Source: Alphaproteobacteria bacterium
GTDB lineage: Bacteria; Pseudomonadota; Alphaproteobacteria; CAAHEQ01; UBA3637
Length of the DNA: 64,000 bases
NCBI GenBank assembly: GCA_015062245.1
Contig: SUVA01000006.1
Location: 1,753-65,752, forward strand
Reading direction: 5' to 3'
The notes below the pieces were generated by a model. The model saw only the letters and a program-made list of their open reading frames with translations. It did not search any database and was not told the origin of the DNA. Positions 50,115 to 59,702 of the stretch are shown here, piece after piece; positions within the stretch are counted from its first letter, which is position 1, and each line of letters begins with the position of its first letter. Both the position numbers and the translations under genes were made by a program.

Positions 50115-52738
50115 TGGGCATCACGCCAGTTGTTTGCGACACCAACTTCGGCCACCAAAGGAATGGATAATTGAACAACTTTTTCCATGTTTTCTTTGAT
50201 AATTGATTTTGCCTTTTCTATGTCTTTTTCGGCAACTTCAAAAATCAATTCATCATGAACCTGTAAAAGTGGTTTGATATCCAATTGGGATTTATCCAGT
50301 ACTTTGAAAACACGAATCATGGCCATCTTGATAATGTCGGCTGCACCACCTTGAATGGGGGCATTGATGGCCGAACGATTGGCGAATTGACGCATGGCGG
50401 GGATATTAAAGCCATCAATATAAATACGCCGACCAATGGGCGTTTTAACAAATCCGTTCTTTTGGGCAAATTGAATTGTTTCATCCATATATGTTTTAAT
50501 TTCGGGATATTGTGCAAAATAGGCATCAATATATTGTTTTGCTTGGGCTTTGCTGATACCTAAATTGCGGGCTAAACCGAAACCGGAAATCCCATAGATA
50601 ATGCCGAAGTTCACGGCTTTTGCCTGACGGCGTTGATCAGGGGTTACTTGGTTTAATGGAATATTTAAAATTTGGCTGGCCGTTTGGGCGTGAATATCAT
50701 CACCATTGATAAAAGCATCTTTTAATTTTTTAACATTGGCATAATCAGCCATTAAACGCAGTTCAATTTGTGAATAGTCGGCCGAAATTAAGGCATACCC
50801 TGGGCGTGATATAAAGGCTTGTCGGATATATTTTCCTTCTTCCGAACGAATGGGAATGTTTTGCAAATTCGGATTTGAAGAAGCCAAACGACCCGTGTTT
50901 GTATTATTTAAAGAATAGGTCGTATGAATTCTTTTGTCAATTTTGTTGCGTTCAATTAAATCATCAATATAGGTGGTTTTTAATTTGTTTAAACTGCGAT
51001 ATTCCAAGATCAAACGAATCAATTCGTCATCTGTTTCTTCCAATAATTTTTCCAAAACTTTGACATCGGTTATCCAATGCCCCGATGGGCCTTTTTTGCC
51101 ACCGGTCAACCCACGTTCTTCAAACAAAATTACCCCCAATTGAGCCGGTGAATTGACATTAAAATCTTCGCCGGTTATAGTATGGATTTGTTGGGATAGA
51201 TTTTGTAACTTTTCCGTAAAAGTTTTTTCCAATAAAATCAGCTGAGCTTTGTCGGTTAAAATGCCGGTTTTTTCCATTTGGAATAACCAAGGAATTAAGG
51301 GCAAATCAACATCTTGATAAATGGAGTATATATCCTGTTTTTCAAGCTTGTCTTTTATGATTTTGAATAACGGATGGGCAAAAATGGCAAAATGTTTGTC
51401 CGAAACATCATTTAAATTCAGATAATGGCTTGTCAATTGAGTTATTTTTTTGCGTTTTGTTCCTTCTGAATCATATTCCATTAAAAGAATGTCGTGGAAA
51501 TTTTTGGGTAAATTGATATTGATTTTATCCAACAGATGCAAACTTTTTTTGATGTCATAGCCCAAAAAGGTGATGTCCAGATTGAATATATTATTTAAAC
51601 TTTCCTTTGTTCGTGAATCAATTTCATTTGGGGCAAAAGAAAACAAATCCAAAGATTGAGCTTGTTTTAATGTCAGATGATAAAGATTGTCTGTATTGGG
51701 GGCAAAAAAGATATCCGTTATAAAGGATTCCTTGTCATCCGTTTTTATATCAAAGGCTAAAAGCTTTTCTTTTTGGGCCAGATGCGTAAGTTCTTCAAAA
51801 TCCTTATTTGAATTTAATTCCTTTATGGAAATGTTGGAAATTTCGGGTAAAGGTTGTTTTTGCGCAATTGAAAAAACATCAATATTCAATTTTTTTATCA
51901 GACTTTGAAAATTGTTTTCTTTTAAAAATTTCAAAATTTTTTCACTATCCAATTCTTTTTGGGGGAAAACAGAAAGGTCCGGATCAACGGGCGCATGGGC
52001 ATCTAATGTAACCAATTGCTTTGAAATAAAGACGTTTTCTTTGTCTTGGGTCAATTTTTCACGTTGTTTTTTTGATTTGATTTCGTCTAAGCGTTTATAA
52101 AGTTTTTCAATATCCCCGAATTTTTGAATTAAATCGGCGGCTGTTTTGGGGCCGATACCACTGGCACCGGGGATATTATCCGTTGAATCACCCATTAAAG
52201 ATTGCACTTCTGTTACTTTTGAAGGGCGGACACCGAATTTTTTAATAACGTCCTGTTCTGTTAAATCCCTTTTCTTCATCGGGTCATGTAAGACAACCCC
52301 CCTTTGCATCAGTTGCATTAAATCTTTATCGGCCGAAATAATGCGCACATTTTTGCCTTGCGCTTTGGCAATTCGGGTATAAGTTGCAATTAAATCATCG
52401 GCCTCATAACCTTCCATTTCAATCCGATCAATGTTTAAGGCATCGCAAGCTTGACGAATTAAAGGAAATTGAGGAATCAGCTCAGGGGGTGTTTCCAATC
52501 TGTTGGCTTTATATTCGGGATAAATGTCATTCCTGAAATTTTTACGTTTCGCATCAAAAACAACTAAAATCTGATTGCCCTTGTTTTCATGTATCAGGTT
52601 TATCATCATAGACGTAAAACCATACACCGCATTGGTGGGTGTTCCGTCTTGCCTGTTCATCGGGGGCAGGGCATAAAAGGCCCGAAAAATATATCCGGAA
52701 CCATCAACTAAACAAAGGGTTTGGCCGGATGTGGTCAT
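50111..52738 (-). CDS. polA: DNA polymerase I
   Basis: LVDGSGYIFRAFYA, TGRLASSNPNLQNIP, ADYSQIELR, QVHDEL. Confidence 0.97.
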   Translation of the reverse strand: MTTSGQTLCLVDGSGYIFRAFYALPPMNRQDGTPTNAVYGFTSMMINLIHENKGNQILVVFDAKRKNFRNDIYPEYKANRLETPPELIPQFPLIRQACDALNIDRIEMEGYEADDLIATYTRIAKAQGKNVRIISADKDLMQLMQRGVVLHDPMKKRDLTEQDVIKKFGVRPSKVTEVQSLMGDSTDNIPGASGIGPKTAADLIQKFGDIEKLYKRLDEIKSKKQREKLTQDKENVFISKQLVTLDAHAPVDPDLSVFPQKELDSEKILKFLKENNFQSLIKKLNIDVFSIAQKQPLPEISNISIKELNSNKDFEELTHLAQKEKLLAFDIKTDDKESFITDIFFAPNTDNLYHLTLKQAQSLDLFSFAPNEIDSRTKESLNNIFNLDITFLGYDIKKSLHLLDKININLPKNFHDILLMEYDSEGTKRKKITQLTSHYLNLNDVSDKHFAIFAHPLFKIIKDKLEKQDIYSIYQDVDLPLIPWLFQMEKTGILTDKAQLILLEKTFTEKLQNLSQQIHTITGEDFNVNSPAQLGVILFEERGLTGGKKGPSGHWITDVKVLEKLLEETDDELIRLILEYRSLNKLKTTYIDDLIERNKIDKRIHTTYSLNNTNTGRLASSNPNLQNIPIRSEEGKYIRQAFISRPGYALISADYSQIELRLMADYANVKKLKDAFINGDDIHAQTASQILNIPLNQVTPDQRRQAKAVNFGIIYGISGFGLARNLGISKAQAKQYIDAYFAQYPEIKTYMDETIQFAQKNGFVKTPIGRRIYIDGFNIPAMRQFANRSAINAPIQGGAADIIKMAMIRVFKVLDKSQLDIKPLLQVHDELIFEVAEKDIEKAKSIIKENMEKVVQLSIPLVAEVGVANNWRDAH

Positions 52739-52739
52739 G

Positions 52740-53117
52740 TTATTTTTTCTCTTTAATAGGTTCAGGGGCCATATTTAAATAAGCTTCCTGACAATGTTGT
52801 TGACAATAAGGCTTACCTGTTAAAGTTTGTTTGCCACAAAAACAAAAATCTTCATCTTTTGGATCGCCAATTGGCCAGCGACAGGTATTCAATTTCAAAT
52901 CCATCAATTGAACCCTTTCAATGACTTTTTTGGGTGTGGTTATGGTTTTTTTTGTGTCCTTTTTAATCGGAGAAGGGCGTTCTTTTAAATTTAAACGATG
53001 CACTTTGCCGATAATGGAATTTTTTGACATGCCCAAATTTTTCGCAATTTCAGCTGTGGGTTTACCTGCTTGCCACATCTTTTTTAATTTTTTTATTTTA
53101 TCTTCTGTCCAAACCAT
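52740..53117 (-). CDS. gcrA: Cell-cycle regulator GcrA
   Basis: WTEDKIKKLKKMW...SKNSIIGKVHRL, CRWPIGDP...FCG...YCQQH. Confidence 0.93.
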   Translation of the reverse strand: MVWTEDKIKKLKKMWQAGKPTAEIAKNLGMSKNSIIGKVHRLNLKERPSPIKKDTKKTITTPKKVIERVQLMDLKLNTCRWPIGDPKDEDFCFCGKQTLTGKPYCQQHCQEAYLNMAPEPIKEKK

Positions 53118-53168
53118 AAAGAACTCCTTTTTTTTGTTTGATAAGTATAACCAAAAAAAATGTTTTTG

Positions 53169-53957
53169 TCAATCTGAATAAAGCTTTGTATCCAATAAAG
53201 ATTCAAAACCAGCCTCTTTAAAAACAAAGGGCAATAAAGACATATAGCTTTTTACCAAAATCTGTTCCTCAGATGGGGGAACGTTTTGTCCCCGCAGATA
53301 GTGGCGATAGATCTGGGCTGTTTTATCAACTTTTTGGGCAAAATCACGAACGGAAGAATAGCCGAGCTCTCTTATTTCAAGTTCCATTTGAGGGGAATTA
53401 AACGAAAGCAGTTGGCTTAAATTCAGATTTTGTTTTGTTTTTAACTGTTCTTTTTGATCTTTTCTTAAATGATTATAGATAATTTTTAATCCGCTTTTTA
53501 ATTCTATCAATTCATTTGGTTTTGCCAATTCTGTTTCATTTGAATGATTTTGTATAAAATTCATAAAAAGCTGGTTCATATTTGCTTCTTCTGAGGATAT
53601 CTGTTCTTCCGGCCACATTTCAGGGGCCAAAAAATGATAAAATTGAGCCGGTAAAAATTCCAATAATTCAGGATCATTTTGAAATCTTTTGGCGATACGT
53701 GTTGGTCGTTTGTTTTTCCATACCAAAATATCCGGATGTGTTTTTATTTTCTTGGGTGTATTTTTTTGTTCCGAAAGCATCGGAAATATGTATTGACGTT
53801 TTTCAAAGGGAATTTTCAATAAAAAATCCAGTAATTCGTCTTGGCGATTGATTGTATGTTGGCGATGTATTTGAATTTTGTTGATTGGTATATTTTCTGT
53901 GGCGTGCAAAGTTGATGAAAGGCCCAGAAATAAAGTCAAGATAATCCATTTTTTCAT
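53169..53957 (-). CDS. Hypothetical exported protein
   Basis: Signal-peptide-like N-terminus; intact 262-aa ORF in operon-like context. Confidence 0.6.
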   Translation of the reverse strand: MKKWIILTLFLGLSSTLHATENIPINKIQIHRQHTINRQDELLDFLLKIPFEKRQYIFPMLSEQKNTPKKIKTHPDILVWKNKRPTRIAKRFQNDPELLEFLPAQFYHFLAPEMWPEEQISSEEANMNQLFMNFIQNHSNETELAKPNELIELKSGLKIIYNHLRKDQKEQLKTKQNLNLSQLLSFNSPQMELEIRELGYSSVRDFAQKVDKTAQIYRHYLRGQNVPPSEEQILVKSYMSLLPFVFKEAGFESLLDTKLYSD

Positions 53958-53966
53958 ATTACATCC

Positions 53967-55208
53967 TTACTGTTGTTTTTTATAAATTTTAAAAATCTCT
54001 TTTTGTTTTGGATAGAAAATAAATATATCCAATAAAATAATACCTAAAATGGCACTAATCAACAATAAAGCCCAAAAGAAAGAGAGGTTGATTTTTAAAA
54101 ACAGAGAAATCAAAAGTGTTAAAGTTAGCAAAATGAAAACGCCGATAACGATTTCGCCCATTCTATAAAGCCAGCTGATAAAGGCATTCTCAGAGTGCTT
54201 TTTGAAACGCTTTAATTGATACAACAAAGATCTGGCGTGTATTTCATAGCCCGATAGTGAAAAATAACAAAGCATAATAATAAAAGAGATTAAAAACAAA
54301 GAAAATGGTGAAAGGTTGTTTAATGCATTATCTTCGTTTTGGGGATTTACATTTTTTGCACTTAAATATATTTGGGCAAAAGCCGGTATAATATGGTTGT
54401 TTTGGAAAAAGGTATTTCCTTTATCATCTGTTTGAATGTTAAAGTTGGAAGGTATTTCCAATTTGTTTTGACCAAATAAAAACTTTATATTTTCTAATAG
54501 ATTTTGGTTTGCCAAAATAATACCTGACATATTATCCACCACCAAGGACCAATCCGATGCTGTCAATGGCAATAATATCTCGGGAGAGTTTTTTGGGTTA
54601 TATAAAACATATTCTAAAATTATTTTATGTATTCCTTTTGGGGTTAAAGGAAGTTTTAATGAGGTTAAATCACTTGTTTTTTCCAAAAATGGTTTAATGT
54701 TTTGGCCGTTGATTTTTGCACTGATTAAAAAGAAATGCTTGGAATCAATTGGCCAAGAACGTACAATAGGTGTATCTTGTGTTGTTAAAAACTGTAAATG
54801 TTCCTGAACATATATATTTTGTCCGTCCATCAATTGAATAATAAAGTTCCAATCGCTGGTATGTGGGATATATTTGACTTCTTTGCTTTTCCCGAAAAAA
54901 CTATTGACCGGTATGCCGATTTCTTTTTGTTGGTTGTCAAAGGATGGGGTGGCGTTTAGTTGAGGGGCATCCGGCCTTTGCGGAATGTCCATCGACCCAA
55001 ATAAACGGATTTTTGCTTTATCCATCCACGTTTTGGGTTGGGGTTTGTCCGAAATGCCCTGAATATAGACGAAAGAACCACCGGAATAGACTTTGGCTTC
55101 ATTATCATACACCAAATTTGGGTTGTTTTCATTAAAAGTATTGTCTGCTATTTCTTGGGCTAAAATCGGAAAGCAAAAAAAACATAAAAGGAAAAATATT
55201 TTCTTCAT
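53967..55208 (-). CDS. Hypothetical membrane protein (DUF2207-like layout)
   Basis: Signal peptide, beta-rich soluble domain, three C-terminal TM helices. Confidence 0.5.
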   Translation of the reverse strand: MKKIFFLLCFFCFPILAQEIADNTFNENNPNLVYDNEAKVYSGGSFVYIQGISDKPQPKTWMDKAKIRLFGSMDIPQRPDAPQLNATPSFDNQQKEIGIPVNSFFGKSKEVKYIPHTSDWNFIIQLMDGQNIYVQEHLQFLTTQDTPIVRSWPIDSKHFFLISAKINGQNIKPFLEKTSDLTSLKLPLTPKGIHKIILEYVLYNPKNSPEILLPLTASDWSLVVDNMSGIILANQNLLENIKFLFGQNKLEIPSNFNIQTDDKGNTFFQNNHIIPAFAQIYLSAKNVNPQNEDNALNNLSPFSLFLISFIIMLCYFSLSGYEIHARSLLYQLKRFKKHSENAFISWLYRMGEIVIGVFILLTLTLLISLFLKINLSFFWALLLISAILGIILLDIFIFYPKQKEIFKIYKKQQ

Positions 55209-55849
55209 TTTTCAGCCTTTTCATCAGATTGACATACATCATACAACGGACATTCATTACATTTTGGTTTTCGGGCGGTGCATATATAACGACCCAATAA
55301 AACCGTCGCCAAAGCAAAAGTTGTTTTATATTTTTCGGGAACAATTTTTTCCAATTTTGTTTGTACTTCTTGTGGTGTTTTTCCTGTGCATATTTTCAAT
55401 CTGTGTGCCAAACGAAAAACGTGCGTATCCACACCGATATAGGGTTTATGATAGGCCACGTTTAAAAAGACGCTGGCTGTTTTTTTGCCAATACCCGGTA
55501 AAGTTATCAGTGTTTCAAAATCGGTCGGTATTTGTCCATTATAGTTATGGACAATTTCGTTGGCCAAATTGACAATGGCTTTTGTTTTATTGTTGAAATA
55601 ATTGACGGTTTTCACCAAGGGGGTAATGCCTTCAATGCCTAATTTTAATGCTTTTTCTGGGGTGTTGGCAACTTTAAAAAGGGCAGGGGTTGTTTTATTG
55701 ACATTTTTATCCGTTGATTGGGCGGACAAAATAATCGCCATCATCAATTCCCAAGGATTTGACCAATCCAGTTCGCATTTGGGATTCGGATAAAGCCGAT
55801 GTAATGCCTCAATAAATTTTAGGCGATCTTTTTCATTCATCAGACTCAT
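55205..55849 (-). CDS. nth: Endonuclease III
   Basis: ILSAQSTD, HhH LPGIGKKTA, VDTHV, CTARKPKCNECPLYDVC FeS motif. Confidence 0.96.
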   Translation of the reverse strand: MSLMNEKDRLKFIEALHRLYPNPKCELDWSNPWELMMAIILSAQSTDKNVNKTTPALFKVANTPEKALKLGIEGITPLVKTVNYFNNKTKAIVNLANEIVHNYNGQIPTDFETLITLPGIGKKTASVFLNVAYHKPYIGVDTHVFRLAHRLKICTGKTPQEVQTKLEKIVPEKYKTTFALATVLLGRYICTARKPKCNECPLYDVCQSDEKAEK

Positions 55850-55869
55850 TTTTCCCCCTTTTATTTTTA

Positions 55870-56106
55870 TTATTCGTCCAAAGGCTCAGAAGATATTGGC
55901 TCACCTTGTTTGTCCAAAAGCAATTTTTCAACCTTCATTTGGGCATTTTTTAATTTTTCTTCGCAAATTTTTTTTAATTGGTTTCCTTCTTCGTAAACTT
56001 TGACGGCATCTTCTAATTTTATTTGCCCTGATTCCAATTGCGAAACGATGTTTTCCAATTTTTCCAAAGCTTGTTCAAAAGAAAGTTCATTTATTTTTTC
56101 TGACAT
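55870..56106 (-). CDS. xseB: Exodeoxyribonuclease VII small subunit
   Basis: LSFEQALEKLENIVSQLESG...KLKNAQMKV. Confidence 0.93.
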   Translation of the reverse strand: MSEKINELSFEQALEKLENIVSQLESGQIKLEDAVKVYEEGNQLKKICEEKLKNAQMKVEKLLLDKQGEPISSEPLDE

Positions 56107-56501
56107 TTTTTCTTTCCTTTATTGCAACATTTTTTGGTTTTCTTTTCTTCATGGCAACAACAATGATGTTCTTCATCATCATGATGATGACAACAACAAT
56201 GATGACGTGTGTGTTGACAGGTTGTCGGATGTGGTAAAGTTTTTAACTGTAATTCACGTTCGGCCATTAAAGTCATTAAATCCCACATCATTTCACGGGT
56301 TTCTGCCAGCATTTGAACAGCAGTGATTTCAGTGGCTGTTTCTTCTAGTTCAGAAATTAATTTCTCTATTTTTTCCTGCAATTTAAAAGCTTTTGGGGCT
56401 AAAATTTGCATTTCTTCCCATAAAAGTTTGGGGTCCTGAGCCGTTTTGACCATAACTTTTAAACTATGCATATGTTTTGCTAAATCTGTTTCTTTTGTCA
56501 T
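56091..56501 (-). CDS. Hypothetical protein with His/Cys-rich C-terminal tail
   Basis: CQHTRHHCCCHHHDDEEHHCCCHEE...CC...C; SD GGAG upstream. Confidence 0.7.
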   Translation of the reverse strand: MTKETDLAKHMHSLKVMVKTAQDPKLLWEEMQILAPKAFKLQEKIEKLISELEETATEITAVQMLAETREMMWDLMTLMAERELQLKTLPHPTTCQHTRHHCCCHHHDDEEHHCCCHEEKKTKKCCNKGKKKCQKK

Positions 56502-56536
56502 TTTAATTCTCCGTTTTTTATCAGTATAATCTAATT

Positions 56537-57229
56537 TTATTTATTTTTCAATAAATAATTTCTTCCATCAGGTAAAGAGGCGTTTAAAACATTTTTTTGT
56601 AAAAAATAACCTGTTAAATTTAAAGCGTTTTTTAAATCTATTATGTTGGGGGATTCGCCTGATTTTTGCCATAAAAATTTGGGTAAAGAAAGCAATTTAT
56701 CACGATAAGGCAGGCCTTTTTCATAGCTGACAGAGCGTCCTGTTTTGGGGGACACGAAAGCCAAGTTGTTTTTATCGCCACCGCCGGCGCAATCCGAAAA
56801 ATCCAAACCAAAACCCAATTCTTGTAATAAATTTAATTCAAAAAGAATATAATGTTTTACATAATCTTCATTGTTTAAGTTATTGATTAAAATAAAAACT
56901 TCGTCATATAAGTTAGAATATATTTGCCGTTCCGGTAATGTTTTGTTCAATAATTCGCAAATGCATCGGATACAACATAATCTGGGCCAATCATCCATAT
57001 AAAAACCTGAGGTTGACTTTAAATTTTCCAAATAAAAGGTTCCCAATTGTTCGCTTAGGCGGGCTTGCCATCTGGCGTTGACTATATCGGCCGGTTGTGG
57101 GGAAGATTTACCTTTATATACACCCAAATAGCGTCCGCTTTCTTTTGTAAAAAGTGAAACAACAAAGGATTTTTCGCCCAGCTTTTTAGACCCCAGAACA
57201 ATTGCATTTGCGTACTTTTGTTCAGGCAT
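56537..57229 (-). CDS. recO: DNA repair protein RecO
   Basis: LLQELGFGLDFSDC, VSPKTGRSVS; downstream of era. Confidence 0.92.
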   Translation of the reverse strand: MPEQKYANAIVLGSKKLGEKSFVVSLFTKESGRYLGVYKGKSSPQPADIVNARWQARLSEQLGTFYLENLKSTSGFYMDDWPRLCCIRCICELLNKTLPERQIYSNLYDEVFILINNLNNEDYVKHYILFELNLLQELGFGLDFSDCAGGGDKNNLAFVSPKTGRSVSYEKGLPYRDKLLSLPKFLWQKSGESPNIIDLKNALNLTGYFLQKNVLNASLPDGRNYLLKNK

Positions 57230-58103
57230 TAAAATTTAACCCCCATTGTTGGTATTGATTGACATCATCCACCCAATCTTGGCGAACCTTTACAAATAAG
57301 AACAGGTTGACTTTTTTGCCCAATTGGCGTGTCATTTCCATACGGGCTGCTTCGCCGATTTTTTTAATCATTTTACCGCCGGCCCCCAAAATAATGGATT
57401 TATGGGCGGTACGGGAAACAATGATATTTTGTTCAATTCGGATGGATTGTTTTTGTTCCTTAAATAAAACAGGTTCTACCGTCAATTGATAAGGCAATTC
57501 TTCCCTTAAATACAAAAACAGCTTTTCTCGGGTGATTTCGGCACAAAAAAGTTTATCGGGCAAGTCGGTTAATTCATCATCAGAAAACATCCATGGGCCG
57601 TTAGGGGCATTTTCCAATAAATAATCTTTTAATTCTTTAACGCCTTCGCCTGTTTGGGCGGACACACAAAAAACAGTTTTGATATTATCTATGGCATTTA
57701 AATCTGTCAATTTTTTAACTAAGTCATCTTTTTGAACTAAATCAATTTTGTTTAAAACCAAAATGACAGGGGCTTTAATTTTCTTTAAAATGGAAATATC
57801 TGTTTCGGTCAACCCCTTTTTGGCGTCTATAACCATCATTTGTAAATCAGAATCGGCCGATTCTGTCCAAGCGCAATCCAACATTGCCCGATCCAAACGT
57901 CTTTGTGGCTTAAAAATCCCCGGCGTATCCACTAAAACCAACTGGGTTTCTTTTTCGCTTAAAATACCACGGACACGGGAACGGGTTGTTTGAACTTTCG
58001 GTGAAACGATGCTGACTTTTTGCCCGATTAAACGGTTGATAAGGGTTGATTTTCCCACATTTGTTTTTCCAATAATCGCCACAAAAGCAAATTTAGTTGT
58101 CAT
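57222..58103 (-). CDS. era: GTPase Era
   Basis: GKTNVGKST, QTTR, DTPG, NKID, KH domain. Confidence 0.96.
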   Translation of the reverse strand: MTTKFAFVAIIGKTNVGKSTLINRLIGQKVSIVSPKVQTTRSRVRGILSEKETQLVLVDTPGIFKPQRRLDRAMLDCAWTESADSDLQMMVIDAKKGLTETDISILKKIKAPVILVLNKIDLVQKDDLVKKLTDLNAIDNIKTVFCVSAQTGEGVKELKDYLLENAPNGPWMFSDDELTDLPDKLFCAEITREKLFLYLREELPYQLTVEPVLFKEQKQSIRIEQNIIVSRTAHKSIILGAGGKMIKKIGEAARMEMTRQLGKKVNLFLFVKVRQDWVDDVNQYQQWGLNFNA

Positions 58104-58728
58104 GTTCTATTTCCTGTAAAAGCAAATAAGCAGCCTCTTGTTCGGCTTTTTTTATGGATCCGCCTTTGGCCATTTTAATATAGGGACCGGCCTCTAATTT
58201 AACAATAAATTCAGGGGCGTGGGCCTGACCGTGTTGTTCAACCAAAGTATATGTTGGCAGAATACCGAAATTTTTTTGACTATATTCTTGTAATTGAGAT
58301 TTGGAATCCTGAGGGGCGTGTTCATAGGAAAGCATTAAAGGTTCCCATATGGGAATAATAAATTCTTTGGCTTTTTCCAAACCTTGATCCAAATAAAGTG
58401 CACCGATAACGGATTCGCATACATCCGATAAAATTGATTTGTTATGACGAATACAGTGGGCCGATTTTTCACCAAAGCTTTCCAAGTTCCACGTTTTTGT
58501 TATTTTTGCCAGTGTTTTACCGCATGTCAATGCCACAAAACGTTTGGCCAATAATCCCTCGGCTTCGTTTGGATAAGCGTTGTATAACATTTCAGCCACA
58601 ACTATGCCCAAAACACGGTCGCCCAAAAATTCCAATCTTTCATAACCGGATTTTTGTCCGTTTAATGCCAATTTCGTGGCTTGGTAATATAAATCTTTAT
58701 TTTTAAAAAGAGAAATAATTTTATCCAT
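58093..58728 (-). CDS. rnc: Ribonuclease III
   Basis: ERLEFLGDRVLG plus dsRBD. Confidence 0.96.
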   Translation of the reverse strand: MDKIISLFKNKDLYYQATKLALNGQKSGYERLEFLGDRVLGIVVAEMLYNAYPNEAEGLLAKRFVALTCGKTLAKITKTWNLESFGEKSAHCIRHNKSILSDVCESVIGALYLDQGLEKAKEFIIPIWEPLMLSYEHAPQDSKSQLQEYSQKNFGILPTYTLVEQHGQAHAPEFIVKLEAGPYIKMAKGGSIKKAEQEAAYLLLQEIEHDN

Positions 58729-58738
58729 TTTTTATTCC

Positions 58739-59557
58739 TTATTTGATATCAGTAAAAAAGCGTTCTAAACGTAAAAATTCTTTCCAACGCCAAAATTGAA
58801 AGAACCATCCGGTTCCGTCAGTAGAATAGAAAATCAAACGGGATTTTCCTTCTAAATTTTTTGCGGGAACAGGTCCGAATTCACGGCTGTCCAATGAATT
58901 ATCCCGATTGTCCCCCATCATAAAAAATGAATCGGGCGGAATTTCAATTTTGGGGGTGTCATCATATCGGTTTTCATCGGTCAATTCATAGATGTCGTGT
59001 ACAACACCGTTGGGTAATGTTTCTGTATAGCGGGAATAAAGTTGTTCACCTAATTCCGTATTCCACAATTCTTGTCCTTTAAATTCACGAGGGATAAGTT
59101 GATCGTTAATGTATAAACGTCCGGCACGCATTTGAATTGTATCACCGGGTATTCCAATGACTCGCTTTACGTAATCTGTATCATTTTCGGGTGGTTTTTT
59201 GAACACGGCAACATCCCCACGTTTGGGTTCATTGTAAAAAATCCGCCCTCTGGGAATAATAGGCAGAGAAAAAGGAAAAGAATGGCGTGAATATCCGTAA
59301 TCAAACTTTGTTACGAACAAATAATCTCCCACCAATAAAGTCGGCACCATTGAACTGGATGGAATATTATAGGGTTCAAAAATTAAAGAACGTATGGCTA
59401 AGGCCGCTATAACAGTCCAAAAAATTCCTTTCCATCCGTTTTTGCGTTCTTTTTCTTCACGCAATAAACGTTTATTCAATGCATCTATTTTTTCCTGACG
59501 AATGCGGGCTTCTTCCGGTGATAAAGCATTTTGTTGTGTGTTTATATTGTCGTTCAT
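58739..59557 (-). CDS. lepB: Signal peptidase I
   Basis: IPSSSMVPTL, YVKRVIG, GDNRDNSLDSR. Confidence 0.96.
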   Translation of the reverse strand: MNDNINTQQNALSPEEARIRQEKIDALNKRLLREEKERKNGWKGIFWTVIAALAIRSLIFEPYNIPSSSMVPTLLVGDYLFVTKFDYGYSRHSFPFSLPIIPRGRIFYNEPKRGDVAVFKKPPENDTDYVKRVIGIPGDTIQMRAGRLYINDQLIPREFKGQELWNTELGEQLYSRYTETLPNGVVHDIYELTDENRYDDTPKIEIPPDSFFMMGDNRDNSLDSREFGPVPAKNLEGKSRLIFYSTDGTGWFFQFWRWKEFLRLERFFTDIK

Positions 59558-59702
59558 TTGATTTTCCTTTCTAATTTAAGGTAATTTAGCATAAAATAAA
59601 AAGGTTGTCCAGCAAAATAAAAAGATTTTTATGTAATAATATTTGACATTTGGTTTGAAAATATGTATTCTATACACTATAACTAACTGAAAGGAAATAA
59701 AA

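Noticed and set aside
56161-56210. CAACAACAAT-containing stretch as the DGR template for the pilin tip
   Set aside because: It is the antisense of the Cys/His codons of 56091..56501 and shows no alignment to 33219-33314
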